Source of the DNA: Macrostomum hystrix
Taxonomy: Eukaryota; Animalia; Platyhelminthes
Assembly: GCA_950097015.1 (NCBI GenBank)
Contig: CATNEN010000038.1
Location: forward strand, 14,074,001-14,138,000
Reading direction: 5' to 3'
DNA length: 64,000 nucleotides
Part shown: in pieces, positions 24,315-37,459 of the stretch
Layout of the letters: each line of letters opens with the position of its first letter
Numbering within the stretch: position 1 is the stretch's first letter
Made by a program: the position numbers and the translations under genes
Notes under the pieces: model-generated
Told to the model about the DNA's origin: nothing
Database searches by the model: none
What the model saw: only the letters and a program-made list of their open reading frames with translations

Positions 24315-24800
24315 CGAATGGGATTTGAGGCGTTCTGAGTCATAGCGAATGGGATTTGAGGCGTTCTGAGTCATAGCGAATGGGATTTGAGGCGTTCTGA
24401 GTCATAGCGAATGGGATTTGAGGCGTTCTGAGTCATAGCGAATGGGATTTGAGGCGTTCTGAGTCATAGCGAATGGCATTTGAGGCGTTCTGAGTCATAG
24501 AGAATGGGGTTTGAGTGGGCTCTAAGAGAAAGGGGATTTGAGTAGGTTCTAGAGAAAGGGGATTTGAGTAGGATCTAAGAGAAAGTGGATTTGAGTAGGT
24601 TCTAAGAGAAAGGGGATTTGAGTGGGCTCTAAGAGAAAGGGGATTTGAGTAGGTTCTAGAGAAAGGGGATTTGAGTAGGCTCTAAGAGAAATGGGATTTG
24701 AGTAGGCTCTAAGAGAAAGGGGATTTGAGTAGGCTCTAAGAAAAAAGGGATTTGAGTAGGCTCTAAGAAGGGGATTTGAGTAGGCTCAACGAAAAATGGG
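24288..24800 (+). repeat. 31-bp minisatellite (ggatttgaggcgttctgagtcatagcgaatg) grading into a ~27-bp derivative (ggggatttgagtaggctctaagagaaa)
   Basis: Period 31 at 24321/24352; the second block shares the ggatttgag core. Confidence 0.92.
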
Positions 24801-24923
24801 ATTTTAGTAGTTCAACCAAATATGGATGCTTGAGTGGGTTCCAAAGAAGGGTTTTTCAGTTACTTAAATAAGCTACATGATCATCTTTTTTATCAACGCC
24901 TTTTTATTTCATCCCCTCGGCAG

Positions 24924-25140
24924 ATGGGTCTCAAGAATTGCCCATCCTAGCGACCAGCATCGACAGACGCTACAGCAGAGACAATTCATTCAGCACTTGA
25001 CTAACGCCAGCAATGCCAACAGCAACAATGAGAAAGTCGAAAAGCATAAAAACGTTAACGATCGAGATCACTACAGTAACGTTTTGTGCACACTTGATAG
25101 AGCTGAAGGGAGACATCAAAGGCTACGGCTTAAACAGCAT

Positions 25141-25174
<34 letters not shown>

Positions 25175-25530
25175 GGAAGCAAAAGGAAAGATTAAATCGT
25201 CGAGAAGTCTTCACAAAGTCTTTAGCAAATGTCGACTTATCGGTTGGCTATAAACGATCAGACTCGACAGATTCCGCTTCTTCAATCAGCGATGATGACG
25301 CGGATGACGATTGGAAGTCTCAATTGTTGAAGTCTCAGTCTCCCACAACGGCCACTGGTCCAACTGGCTGCCGCTCAAGCACGTATCGACCGGCTGGCAA
25401 GAATTTGAGTCGCAAAATTGACCTAATTAACACTATGGCTAATTCCTTGTTGGGCCTGTCACACAGTCTCAATGGCTGCGTTGGTAGCATTAACAAATGC
25501 CTGGTACAGATGCAGGTTGTACAGGATTGA
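24924..25530 (+). CDS. Orphan coding exon with polyQ and an acidic Ser patch, probably the terminal exon of the 22707 gene
   Basis: About 200 open codons after a pyrimidine tract and cggcag acceptor (AG 24922-24923); helical-looking C-terminus (LSRKIDLINTMANSLLGLSHSLNGCVGSINKCL). Confidence 0.5.
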
Positions 25531-25593
25531 CTTGTACTAATCTCATGGAGTGAGGTGAGCACATGGTTACAGCTGGCAATTTGAGTTTGGTGG

Positions 25594-26255
25594 GTGTCAT
25601 TTCTAACTGGTTTCGAGTGTCATTTCTAACTGGTTTCGAGTGTCATTTCTAACTGGTTTCGAGTGTCATTTCTAACTGGTTTCGAGTGTCATTTCTAACT
25701 GGTTTCGAGTGTCATTTCTAACTGGTTTCGAGTGTCATTTCTAACTGGTTTCGAGTGTCATTTCTAACTGGTTTCGAGTGTCATTTCTAACTGGTTTCGA
25801 GTGTCATTTCTAACTGGTTTCGAGTGTCATTTCTAACTGGTTTCGAGTGTCATTTCTAACTGGTTTCGAGTGTCATTTCTAACTGGTTTCGAGTGTCATT
25901 TCTAACTGGTTTCGAGTGTCATTTCTAACTGGTTTCGAGTGTCATTTCTAACTAGTTTCAGGTGTCATTTCTAACTGGTTTCGTGTGTCATTTCAAGCTA
26001 GTTCGAGTGTCATTTACAACTAGTTTCAGGTGTCATTTCAAGCTAGTTCAAGTGTCATTTCTAACTAGTTTCAAGTGTCATTTCTAACTAGTTTCAAGTG
26101 TCATTTCAAGCTAGTTTCAAGTGTCATTTCTAACTAGTTTCAGGTGTCATTTCTAGCTAGTTCGAGTGTCACACTAACCAGTTCGAGTGTCATTTCTAAC
26201 TAGTTTCGAGTGTCACACTAACCAGTTCGAGTTTCATTTGTCTAGCTCGAGTGTC
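25594..26255 (+). repeat. 23-bp minisatellite (gtgtcatttctaactggtttcga), degenerating 3'
   Basis: About 16 perfect units followed by variants. Confidence 0.96.
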
Positions 26256-26611
26256 ATGCTTTGTGCCTTGTCTCGCATGTAAATGTACTTTATACCCCTA
26301 AACCAACCATTGTTTTTGCTATTTTCAGTTTTCCGTTCAATACAAACGTATTAACTCACTAAGCATTCTTGCCCGATATAGAAAAGTACATTAATAATAA
26401 AAATTATGACAGTCTGTTGCGCGCACACATTGCTGGATTGGTCCAGCAAGAATAAAGCAACAACAAATAGCGCATAGTAAGATTCTTTTTTAAGACATGT
26501 ACTTTTCCAGTGGTTTGGCTAAGCTTTTAAATAAAAAGTGCATTATATAATTTTTAACTCTCTGCCTAAATTTCTTAGCTAACCAAACACAACAAAGCAA
26601 ACAATAGAGTA

Positions 26612-26832
26612 TCCCCTCTCTGTCTCACTCTCCCTGTGAGATTCTCCCCTCTCTGTCTCACTCTCCCTGTGAGATTCTCCCCTCTCTGTCTCACTCTCCC
26701 TGTGAGATTCTCCCCTCTCTGTCTCACTCTCCCTGTGAGATTCTCCCCTCTCTGTCTCACTCTCCCTGTGAGATTCTCCCCTCTCTGTCTCACTCTCCCT
26801 GTGAGATTCTCCCCTCTCTGTCTCACTCTCTG
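26612..26832 (+). repeat. 33-bp minisatellite (ctccctgtgagattctcccctctctgtctcact)
   Basis: About 6.5 units; the 11-aa period in the ORF track confirms 33 bp. Confidence 0.95.
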
Positions 26833-27654
26833 TGTTATCATCCTAAGTCATTCAGCCTGTGATAAGTTTTCAAGTGTTACATCTGGGAATGCAAATCAGA
26901 TGCGTCTACTTATAGTAATACAGATGGCTTTTATGTTCACTTTTTGTTACTAATTTCGCCCAAATGCTGAATTAGTCCGATGAGTATGGATAGATTACAT
27001 TTCGGTGTGTCTCCTCGGCGCCTCGCATTCGCATTAGCATTCCGGCTGAATTGTATTACTTCTGCATCACTGCCAGTCACTGGTCTGAAGTCTGAACTGC
27101 TAGAGCCGCGAGCCCTAGGCGCCAAGTTCGAACTCTATGGCCGGACAAGTGTGACGTAATCCTCATGAGAAGAGAAGATTGGCCAGAATTCAATGAACAT
27201 GAGCAGTCAGCTGAGCTGACAGGCACTGTGACGGATTGATTTTGCAGTGATGGGAGGTGCAAAAACATGTCAACAATTCCCTGATCCCAGAGCAGATCTC
27301 CCAACAACAACGAGACCGACTGTAATTATCCTCTTATCGCGATTTGAGTATGACGCAATCTTTCACTGGCCAACGCTGTTGGCCAGCGTTGGTTCGTGTG
27401 GCGCTTTTTATCAGAACTCCTGTCAGCTGGAATGTCAGTTTTTATCTGAGAAATCGAAACTATTAGAAATTGTCAGGACTTAGATTTGCTTTGTGTGATA
27501 GGTTGCTGTTGTTGCTGTTCGGATTTGTTTCTGTTGAGGAGTGAATATGCGATGCTGACAGATTTTATTTATATTTTATAAAATAGAGTATAATGAAACA
27601 GAATGGAATATAACAGAAAAGTGTGGGATGGAATGGAATGAAATTTACTAAACA

Positions 27655-28052
27655 AGAATGGAATAGACTAGAATAGAATGGAATAGAATGGAATAGAATG
27701 GAATAGAATGGAATAGAATGGAATAGAATGGAATAGAATGGAATAGAATGGAATAGAATGGAATAGAATGGAATAGAATGGAATAGAATGGAATAGAATG
27801 GAATAGAATGGAATAGAATGGAATAGAATGGAATAGAATGGAATAGAATGGAATAGAATGGAATAGAATGGAATAGAATGGAATAGAATGGAATAGAATG
27901 GAATAGAATGGAATAGAATGGAATAGAATGGAATAGAATGGAATAGAATGGAATAGAATGGAATAGAATGGAATAGAATGGAATAGAATGGAATAGAATG
28001 GAATAGAATGGAATAGAATGGAATAGAATGGAATAGAATGGAATAGAATGAA
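27655..28052 (+). repeat. (GAATAGAATG)n decamer satellite
   Basis: About 38 perfect units. Confidence 0.98.
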
Positions 28053-28889
28053 ATCATTTACACCCTATAAATCTATCCTGTTTTTCCCACCAATTTATTT
28101 TTTTCTATCTCACACCCTCTCTCCAGTCAGGTTGTTCTCACGATGTCTGTTGTTGCTAAGGCAGCTGCAATATTGTTTCGTTACAATTTTGTTTTATCGC
28201 ATGAAAAAAAACTAGCGCAGGAATGCTGCTTGTGTACAACTGACTGCAGGGATTGACACGTTGTGTGATAGCTGTCTTGATTGAATCCACGGTTCCCAAG
28301 CTCCTATAATATTTCTAACCCAGTAAATATGTTTGTGGTATATTGAAACCTGGTGGCGGAGGTATTCTAAGAATTGCACGAATTTTTCTGGTTCCCGTGA
28401 TGGCTTCTGGTTCTAAGTTTCTTAGAAAAATACATAGTTCGGCTTTGTCTGTCTTTAAAAACTATCTTTGTTTGCTGCTGCTGCTGCTGCTGCTGCTGCT
28501 AGTTTAGAATTCATTCCATTGCCTATTTCGGGTTTTCAAGGATTGGTCTGAAGTGGCGCCTCTCTCTCTGCGTGCGAGAGAGGAAGGCGTGGGGCGGGTG
28601 CGCGTAGGTGAGAGGGCGGCCTGTTACGTAATAAAAATAATTACCGCGCCGCCCGACCCCCGAAGTTCCAAGGGCCCGCCGGTACAGAAACGCCTAATTC
28701 CTCCTACAGATGCCGCATAGCAGACGGCAGATTTGAAAATGATGACAGGTCTTAGACTAAGAGTTAGATAGAGGGAGATGGATTGTGGAAGGTGACACGG
28801 GATCGCGGGTGTGCCACAGATTTCTGCTTTCAGTTTTAAACTGCCTTCTTGTAAGCATTTTGTTCTAGGTTCTTTGACTGACTCGTTGC

Positions 28890-29375
<486 letters not shown>

Positions 29376-29804
29376 TTCGTCTCTGTATAGTCTGTGTCTG
29401 TCCATTCTTACGTCCGTCTGACATTTAAAATCAAGTAAAATAAAGGCGAACTATAAAATGGAGACAAAATTAGAGACAGAAAAATAAAAATCCCTGATTG
29501 GGATTCGGTGCCCATGAACTTCGTCAGGATGACCAGCTCGCTAAGATCATCGACCTGCTGAGCCAGCCAGTCCCCCAGTCTGCAGTCAGATTCCAGAAAA
29601 TCAACGGGGTGTCGCATTGGTCAGCGGGGACTAGCCGAGGGAGGGGTCACGTGACCACAGACCCCCTAAAATTAAGCCACAGAGATCAAAATCGGTAGAA
29701 ACTGCTTGCAACCAAATTTATAGGCTTTCGGCTTGTTGCTATGTCCAAGCCCTGGTGTTATTTCCAGTCTTGTATTGGAAAAGCTAATTTAAACAGAAAA
29801 AAGC

Positions 29805-30420
29805 GGGAGAGAGTGGGAGAGTGGGAGAGTGGGAGAGAGAGTGGGAGATTGTGAGAGTGGGCGAGTGAGAGAGTGGAAGAGTGCGAGAGTAGGAGAGTGG
29901 GAGAGAGTGGGGAGAGTGGGAGAGTGGGAGAGTGGGAGAGTGGGAGAGTGGGAGAGTGCGATAGTAGGAGAGTGGGAGAGAGTGGGGAGAGTGGGAGAGT
30001 GGGAGAGTGGGAGAGTGCGATAGTGGGAGAGTGGGAGAGAGTGGGGAGAGTGGGAGAGTGCGAGAGTGGGAGAGTGGGAGAGAGTGGGGAGAGTGGGAGA
30101 GTGGGAGAGTGGGAGAGTGGGAGAGTGGGAGAGTGCGATAGTGGGAGAGTGGGAGAGAGTGGGGAGAGTGGGAGAGTGGGAGAGTGGGAGAGTGGGAGAG
30201 TGGGAGAGTGGGAGAGAGTGAGAGAGAGTGGGAGAGAGTGGGAGAGTGGGAGAGTGCGATAGTTGGAGAGTGGGAGAGAGTGGGGAGAGTGGGAGAGTGG
30301 GAGAGTGGGAGAGTGGGAGAGTGGGAGAGTGGGAGAGTGGGTGAGTGGGAGAGAGTGGGAGAGAGTGGGAGAGATTGGGAGTGAGGGAGAGTGGGAGAGT
30401 GGGAGGGAGTGGGGAGAGAG
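29805..30420 (+). repeat. (GGGAGAGT)n 8-bp repeat
   Basis: Seen directly; GGG runs with 5-nt spacers. Confidence 0.96.
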
Positions 30421-30984
30421 AAATTCTCCCTTCCTGTTAATCTAAAACCCATGAAAATGTGAAATGTTGGAATAATAATAAGCATATATTCAGTCAAGAT
30501 ACGACAGATGGCCATTTTGAATTTGCATAGCGGACGTCGGCACAATTGGTGAAGGAATCTGGCTTAGTCGACCTTCTCCTCGAATATTTGCCGACACCAG
30601 TCGGTGGGAATTTCTGGGGAATTAGGCGCGATTTTCTATTTTCATCCCAGCCGCCGCGCACGCGACCATTAACTCATGGTCTCATTGTCAAGGTGGCTGA
30701 CGCAAGCCTCCACCGGCCCTGTCCCGCTGGGAGCCAGGTTCGAATTACCGATCAGCTGATCCCTTCAGCCTCGCCCCCCAATTCTATTCTATTCTACTGC
30801 TGCGGATTTTCTAATCTTCCAGATTTATCACTCAAACTGCTTCCGACTGTCCTTCCGGCATTCGACTCTAGCACAAGCTCATAAACTGCTCTTGCCGTGG
30901 TCCATTACAATATTTATTCTGAGTGAATCACTTCCTACTCTTTCTCCAACAACCCTTCGATCCTTTCCCACCCATCCTACCCAT

Positions 30985-32345
30985 TCCCCTCGCATCCTTC
31001 TCCTTCCTCTCCCATCCTTCTCCTTCCTCTCCCATCCTTCTCCTTCCTCTCCCATCCTTCTCCTTCCTCTCCCATCCTTCTCCTTCCTCTCCCATCCTTC
31101 TCCTTCCTCTCCCATCCTTCTCCTTCCTCTCCCATCCTTCTCCTTCCTCTCCCATCCTTCTCCTTCCTCTCCCATCCTTCTCCTTCCTCTCCAATCCTTC
31201 TCCTTCCTCTCCCATCCTTCTCCTTCCTCTCCCATCCTTCTCCTTCCCCTCCTATCCTTCTTCTTCCCCTCCCATCCTTCTTATTCCTCTCCCATCCTTC
31301 TCCTTCCCTTTCATCCATCTCCTTCTCCTCCCATCCTTCTAATTCCCTCCCATCCTTCTCCTTCCCCTCCCATCCTTCTCCTTCCCCTCCCATCCTTCTC
31401 CTTCCCCTCCCATCCTTCTCCTTCCCCTCCCATCCTTCTCCTTCCCCTCCCATCCTTCTCCTTCCCCTCCCATCCTTCTCCTTCCCCTCCCATCCTTCTC
31501 CTTCCCCTCCCATCCTTCTCCTTCCCCTCCCATCCTTCTCCTTCCCCTCCCATCCTTCTCCTTACCTCCCATCCTCCTTCCTCTCACACCTTTCTCCTTC
31601 CCCTCCTATCCTTCTTCTTCCCCTCCCATCCTTCTTATTCCTCTCCCATCCTTCTCCTTCCCTTTCATCCATCTCCTTCTCCTCCCATCCTTCTAATTCC
31701 CTCCCATCCTTCTCCTTCCCCTCCCATCCTTCTCCTTCCCCTCCCATCCTTCTCCTTCCCCTCCCATCCTTCTCCTTCCCTTTCATCCATCTCCTTCTCC
31801 TCCCATCCTTCTAATTCCCTCCCATCCTTCTCCTTCCCCTCCCATCCTTCTCCTTCCCCTCCCATCCTTCTCCTTCCCCTCCCATCCTTCTCCTTCCCCT
31901 CCCATCCTTCTCCTTCCCCTCCCATCCTTCTCCTTCCCCTCCCATCCTTCTCCTTCCCCTCCCATCCTTCTCCTTCCCCTCCCATCCTTCTCCTTCCCCT
32001 CCCATCCTTCTCCTTCCCCTCCCATCCTTCTCCTTCCCCTCCCATCCTTCTCCTTCTCTCCTTCCCCTCCCATCCTTCTCCTTCTCCTCCCATCCTTCTC
32101 CTTACCTCCCATCCTTATCCTTCTCCTCCCATCCTTCTCCTTACCTCCCATCCTTCTCCTTCCTCTCACACCTTTCTCCTTCCTCTCCCATCCTTCTCCT
32201 TCCCCTCCTATCCTTCTCCTTCCCCTCCTATCCTTCTTATTCCTCTCCCATCCTTCTCCTTCCCCTCCCATCCTTCTCCTTCCCCTCCCATCCTTCTCCT
32301 TCCCCTCCCTTCGTTCTCCTTCCCTCCCATCCTTCTCTCTTCCCT
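30985..32345 (+). repeat. 20-bp polypyrimidine minisatellite (ccatccttctccttcYYctc)
   Basis: Seen directly; a variant block recurs at ~31240 and ~31594. Confidence 0.96.
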
Positions 32346-32949
32346 TTCATCCTTCTCCTCCCAGCTTTTCTGTCCATTTTGCAGCCATTTTCTAGCCAGC
32401 AATAAAGAATTCTGAACCATAAAAGTACATCCCTAACCTACCTGTACTGAGCTGCAAAGCAAGCAATCTTTAATTTTTTCTAAGCGGCTTTTTTCTGCTT
32501 CTGATCTTGGACAGCTGCAACTGAAGAAGCAGCAGGAGCACAGGCTGCCCCGAAAATAAAAGAAAAAAATTGCGTGCTCTACTATTTTCCTAGCGGCCTC
32601 TTTATGTATTTTGCAGGCTTGAGTGATCCCAAAACTGGACGATTGCATGGAGGGACACGGAAAAGATAGGAATCTGACACCCTCTTCACTTGGCTTTTGA
32701 CATCCTAGCACCGGCTGCTCGGCCTGTCCAGGTGTGAATAAGTAATTTTCCTGTGGCAACCGAATCCTCAGAACAATTTTATGATGATGGAATTTACAAT
32801 GACAAAGCGAGTGGGCTGTTTTTGGTTGTCGGAAAACTGCTTGCAGTTGGTTCACATTATCGGTTGCACTTTCTGTACTTCGCTGTTAGTTGGCTAAGTT
32901 CCGGACGATGCTGAAATACCGATTTGGAAGAAAACATCATATAGTAGCA

Positions 32950-33280
32950 GACTTTAAGTATCGAGATTAACAGATTTAGGAAAAATTAACGGAATTTAAA
33001 TAGCGACTTAGAAGTAACGATTATATAGTAACGGACCATAAAAAGCAAATTAAGAAGCAATTCTTCAGGAATAGATTAGAATTGCTTGTAGCTACGGACT
33101 AAAAGTAGCGATTTAAAGTAACCATAGGAAAGTAACGGACTGAAATTAGCGATTAAATGTAACAATAGGAAAGTAACGGACTTAAATTAGCCAAAGTTAG
33201 CAGTTTCACAAGTTGTGACTGGTAAACAAATTTTTGTAACGAACTATAGTCTGAAAAGTAACGGAACTCTTTAACGACTT
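32950..33280 (+). repeat. Highly degenerate repeat (aagtaacggact / tagcgattta core)
   Basis: Recurrent agtaacgga and tagcgatt motifs. Confidence 0.55.
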
Positions 33281-33829
33281 AAATTTCGAGATTAAAAAAT
33301 GCAGGGTCTACACTAGCTAGATTTTTAATCAAAACATTCACAGTAGAGTGACAATTCTAGTAAATTTAGTCGAGTAAGTCAACAGAAGCTGTGACGTTGA
33401 GGCCATGAACTCCGGCTACATCGGCACAATGTCACGGACGACTCCGTGTCTGTGGCAGGCAGCTGGAAATGCATTCTGTGATGTGTTAAATAGCTCAGAG
33501 TGTGTATGGCAGTGTCGGCTTCCGCTTTGCGAGTCAGTGCGAACTCAGCATGAGGGCAGGGCTTTAGCACTCACGCTTGGATAAACCTGTGTGAGCTTTG
33601 TTAGAATTAGGCCTTATTGCTTGCTTTTTTGACCGGAAAATCTTCACTAATTTGAATGCGGCAAACTTGGCTGAAAGAATGGTACAGGTAAATGTAACCG
33701 AAGTTACCAATTGGCCTTAGTCAGGTCCCTGCATCTATTTGCACTGCCTTTTTATTATACTATAATAATTCAATAATGGATATTATTCACTGCACTGGAT
33801 CTGAGTGCTTCACAGTGCCCTTCACCTTT

Positions 33830-34762
33830 CTCTCCTCGCGTCTCCTCTCGTCTCCTCTCGTCTCCTCTCGTCTCCTCTCCTCTCGTCTCCTCTCGTCTCC
33901 TCTCCTCTCGTCTCCTCTCGTCTCCTCTCCTCGCGTCTCCTCTCCACTCCTCTCTTCTCCTCTCGTCTCCTCTCGTCTCCTCTCGTCTCCTCTCGTCTCC
34001 TCTCCTCTTCTCTCGTCTCCTCTCCTCTCGTCTCCTCTCCACTCCTCTCTTCTCCTCTCGTCTCCTCTCCTCGCGTCTCCTCTCCTCGCGTCTCCTCTCC
34101 ACTCCTCTCGTCTCCTCTCGTCTCCTCTCGTCTCCTCTCGTCTCCTCTTCTCTCGTCTCCTCTCCTCTCGTCTCCTCTCCACTCCTCTCTTCTCCTCTCG
34201 TCTCCTCTCGTCTCCTCTCGTCTCCTCTCGTCTCCTCTCGTCTCCTCTCCTCTCGTCTCCTCTCCACTCCTCTCGTCTCCTCTCGTCTCCTCTCGTCTCC
34301 TCTCGTCTTCTCTCGTCTCCTCTCCTCTCGTCTCCTCTCCACTCCTCTCTTCTCCTCTCGTCTCCTCTCGTCTCCTCTCGTCTCCTCTCCTCTCGTCTCC
34401 TCTCCACTCCTCTCTTCTCCTCTCGTCTCCTCTCCTCTCCTCTCGTCTCCTCTCCACTCCTCTCTTCTCCTCTCGTCTCCTCTCGTCTCCTCTCGTCTCC
34501 TCTCGTCTCCTCTCGTCTCCTCTCGTCTCCTCTCGTCTCCTCTCGTCTCCTCTCGTCTCCTCTCGTCTCCTCTCGTCTCCTCTCGTCTCCTCTCGTCTCC
34601 TCTCGTCTCCTCTCGTCTCCTCTCGTCTCCTCTCGTCTCCTCTCGTCTCCTCTCGTCTCCTCTCCTATCGTCTCCTCTCCTCTCCTCTCCTCTCCTCTCC
34701 TCTCCTCTCCTCTCCTCTCCTCTCCTCTCCTCTCCTCTCCTCTCGTCTCGTCTCCTCTCCTC
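33830..34762 (+). repeat. (CTCCT/CTCGT)n pentamer-decamer satellite
   Basis: Seen directly. Confidence 0.97.
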
Positions 34763-35739
34763 CTTGCCCAACACCTGTAGTAGCAGTGTGATCCCGAACG
34801 GTAAATCTAGAATCCAATTCGTGTGCTCTCCCTCTCTCTCTTTCACTTCCCCAGGTGAAATGCGGCACTGCTGGTTTCGGCGTCAGCAAAACTGGAAGTC
34901 GCTAATTAAGTTGAGCATTCCCGTTGGTTGCTCAGACTGGGTGTTCTCAAATTTCAAGCATCATCAGCTCCAAGAGCTTGAGCAGGACTCCTAAATCCTC
35001 TTTCACTCTCTCTCTCATCCCTTATTTTTCTGGCAGTGACGGATTGGGTTCGCTAGAGGCCCGAACTCCAATTTCGCCTCCACAATGGGGCTGGTGGATT
35101 TTTTTGTTTTTCTTTCATTTCTCAACTGTAGAAAAAAATCCTCAGCAAGCGAAATCACTTTGCATTTGGGAGCCGCAGCTTGCGGACATCCTCATTTCTA
35201 TCATTCTTCCCAACGCTCAATCTTAATCCCTCACTTTAGCATCCTTAAAGCAGAGCTGCCATTTGCATAGTTGATTGTTTTAGGGGAGATCGAGGGAACT
35301 CGTCACTCGGTCCAAGATCACTTCAATATTAATCCGAAGACCGCTGCAGGGGAGAGAAATGATGGGGATGAGAATGGGATGAGAGTGTCGCAATTGCCAG
35401 AATCAAAAGTGAGCAATAGAAAATACCACTTCAATAATTTCGCAGTTTCAGCATTTGGCTACAAGCTTGTTGTACAAAAAAATCGAACCCTCTAGAACAC
35501 AATCAGACACTCAAATGCGACCTAGCTCGATTTTTCTGCTGCTTTTGTAAGTCTTGAAATTTTGGTTGCGTAAGACAGCGTGCTCTGGATTTTTTGTTCC
35601 CCTAAAATCTTAAATCCCAAAAATCCCAAAAATCGCAAATATCCCAAAAATGCAAAAACTCCGAAAAATCACCGAAAAACACTTTGTAGCACAGTCAGCA
35701 ACATTGACCGAATCTGACTGATAACTCCCCTTTTTGACA

Positions 35740-36692
35740 CAAGTTCTTCCCCTTTAAGACACCTCAATCCCATTCTTCAAAGTTCTTCCCCTTTTTGACA
35801 CCTCAATCCCATTCTCCCAATTTCTTTCCCTTTTAGACACCTCAATCCCATTCTCCCTAGTTCTTCTCCTTTTAGACACCTCAATCCCATTCTTCCAAGT
35901 TCTTCCCCCTTTTGACACCTCAATCCCATTCTCCCAAGTTCTTCTCCTTTTCAGACACCTCAATCCCATTCTTCAAAGTTCTTCCCCTTTTTGACACCTC
36001 AATCCCATTCTCCCAAGTTCTTTACCTTTTGGACACCTCAACCCCATTCTCCCAAGTTCTTTCCCTTTTTGACACCTCAATCCCATTCTCCCAAGTTCTT
36101 CTCCTTTTCAGACACCTCAATCCCATTCTTCAAAGTTCTTCCCCTTTTTGACACCTCAATCCCATTCTCCCAAGTTCTTTCCCTTTTGGACACCTCAACC
36201 CCATTCTCCCAAGTTCTTTCCCTTTTTGACACCTCAATCCCATTCTCCCAAGTTCTTCCCCTTTTTGACACCTCAATCCCATTCTCCCAAGTTCTTTCCC
36301 TTTTTGACACCTCAATCCCATTCTCCCAAGTTCTTTCCCTTTTTGACACCTCAATCCCGTTCTTCCAAGTTCTTCTCCTTTTCAGACACCTCAATCGCAT
36401 TCTCCCAAGTTCTTCTCCTTTTAGACACCTCAATCCCATTCTCCCAAGTTCTTTCCCTTTTTGACACCTCAATCCCATTCTCCCAAGTTCTTCTCCTTTT
36501 CAGACACCTCAATCCCATTCTTCCAAGTTCTTCCCCTTTTTGACACCTCAACCCCATTCTCCCAAGTTCTTTCCCTTTTTGACACCTCAATCCCATTCTC
36601 CCAATTTCTTCTCCTTTTTGACACCTCAATCCCATTCTCCCAAGTTCTTCTCCTTTTTGACACCTCAATCCCATTCTCCCAAGTTCTTCTCA
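35740..36692 (+). repeat. 39-40-bp minisatellite (gacacctcaatcccattctcccaagttctttcccttttt)
   Basis: About 24 units. Confidence 0.96.
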
Positions 36693-37459
36693 TTTTCGGA
36701 CACAATTTTATTTTCCTCAAAGTTCTCTTGACACTCTCAAATATTTTTTCTCAGCCAATATTTTTCTAAAAAGTAAATTCCTTGGAAATCTCCAAGATTG
36801 ATAAATATCCCTGGCTCGCAATGCATATCTCGATGGCGGAGTAGCTCGTAAAAGATATGGTATCGGGGGTAAGATATTGCTGACCAAAAAAACCAGATTT
36901 ACTTTGAGTGTTCAGTGCGGCGCGTGAGTCGCCAAGATTTTCTAGGGGAAGTAAAATAGACTAGCCGGTTGTCAGGCCTTATCTGCCGGGGCCTAACACC
37001 CACCCCACAGACCTCCTCAGTCACTCTGGACGCGGGTGGAGGGGGAGCAACTGGACTCAATAAAGTTAATGAGTTGCGGGCTGGAAGTGGAGCCAAGATC
37101 ATTCTGCTCACGCGGAGGCCGCCAACCCCAGCCCCAGTCCCCCCGGCCCAACAAACAGTGAGCTCTCTTGACTTAATCCTTCTCACCACTTTATAAACTG
37201 ACTGCTGGCCAAAAAGTGTGGCATTATCGGCAGTTAACGCGGCACACTCTCAGGAGGGATGGGGTTGAGCCGATGGGGTTGGTACCGAGCCAGGCTGATC
37301 TGGGAACTGGAGATCGGTTTTTTAGATTTATAACTTTATATTTTGGAAAGGCAAATTGTGAAGAATTTGATATTTGGGCATTAGAAAGGAGGATTAGAAA
37401 GATAGAAATGTCGAATTTGGATTAAAAAATATATATTTAGGGTCGAAATGAGAGACAAG

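Noticed and set aside
29490-29700. GC-rich island with short ORFs as a candidate exon (also 38.3-38.6, 49.3-49.6 and 55.8-56.0 kb)
   Set aside because: The translations I examined showed no recognisable protein and no convincing paired splice sites; micro-exons cannot be excluded without RNA data.
30879-34846. Long Pro/Ser/Leu and Glu/Arg/Gly ORFs up to 507 aa
   Set aside because: Translations of polypyrimidine/polypurine repeats; the same applies to the ORFs at 28.6-30.5, 35.7-38.3, 41.3-42.4, 46.2-46.7, 53.2, 56.4, 59-61 and 62.3 kb.
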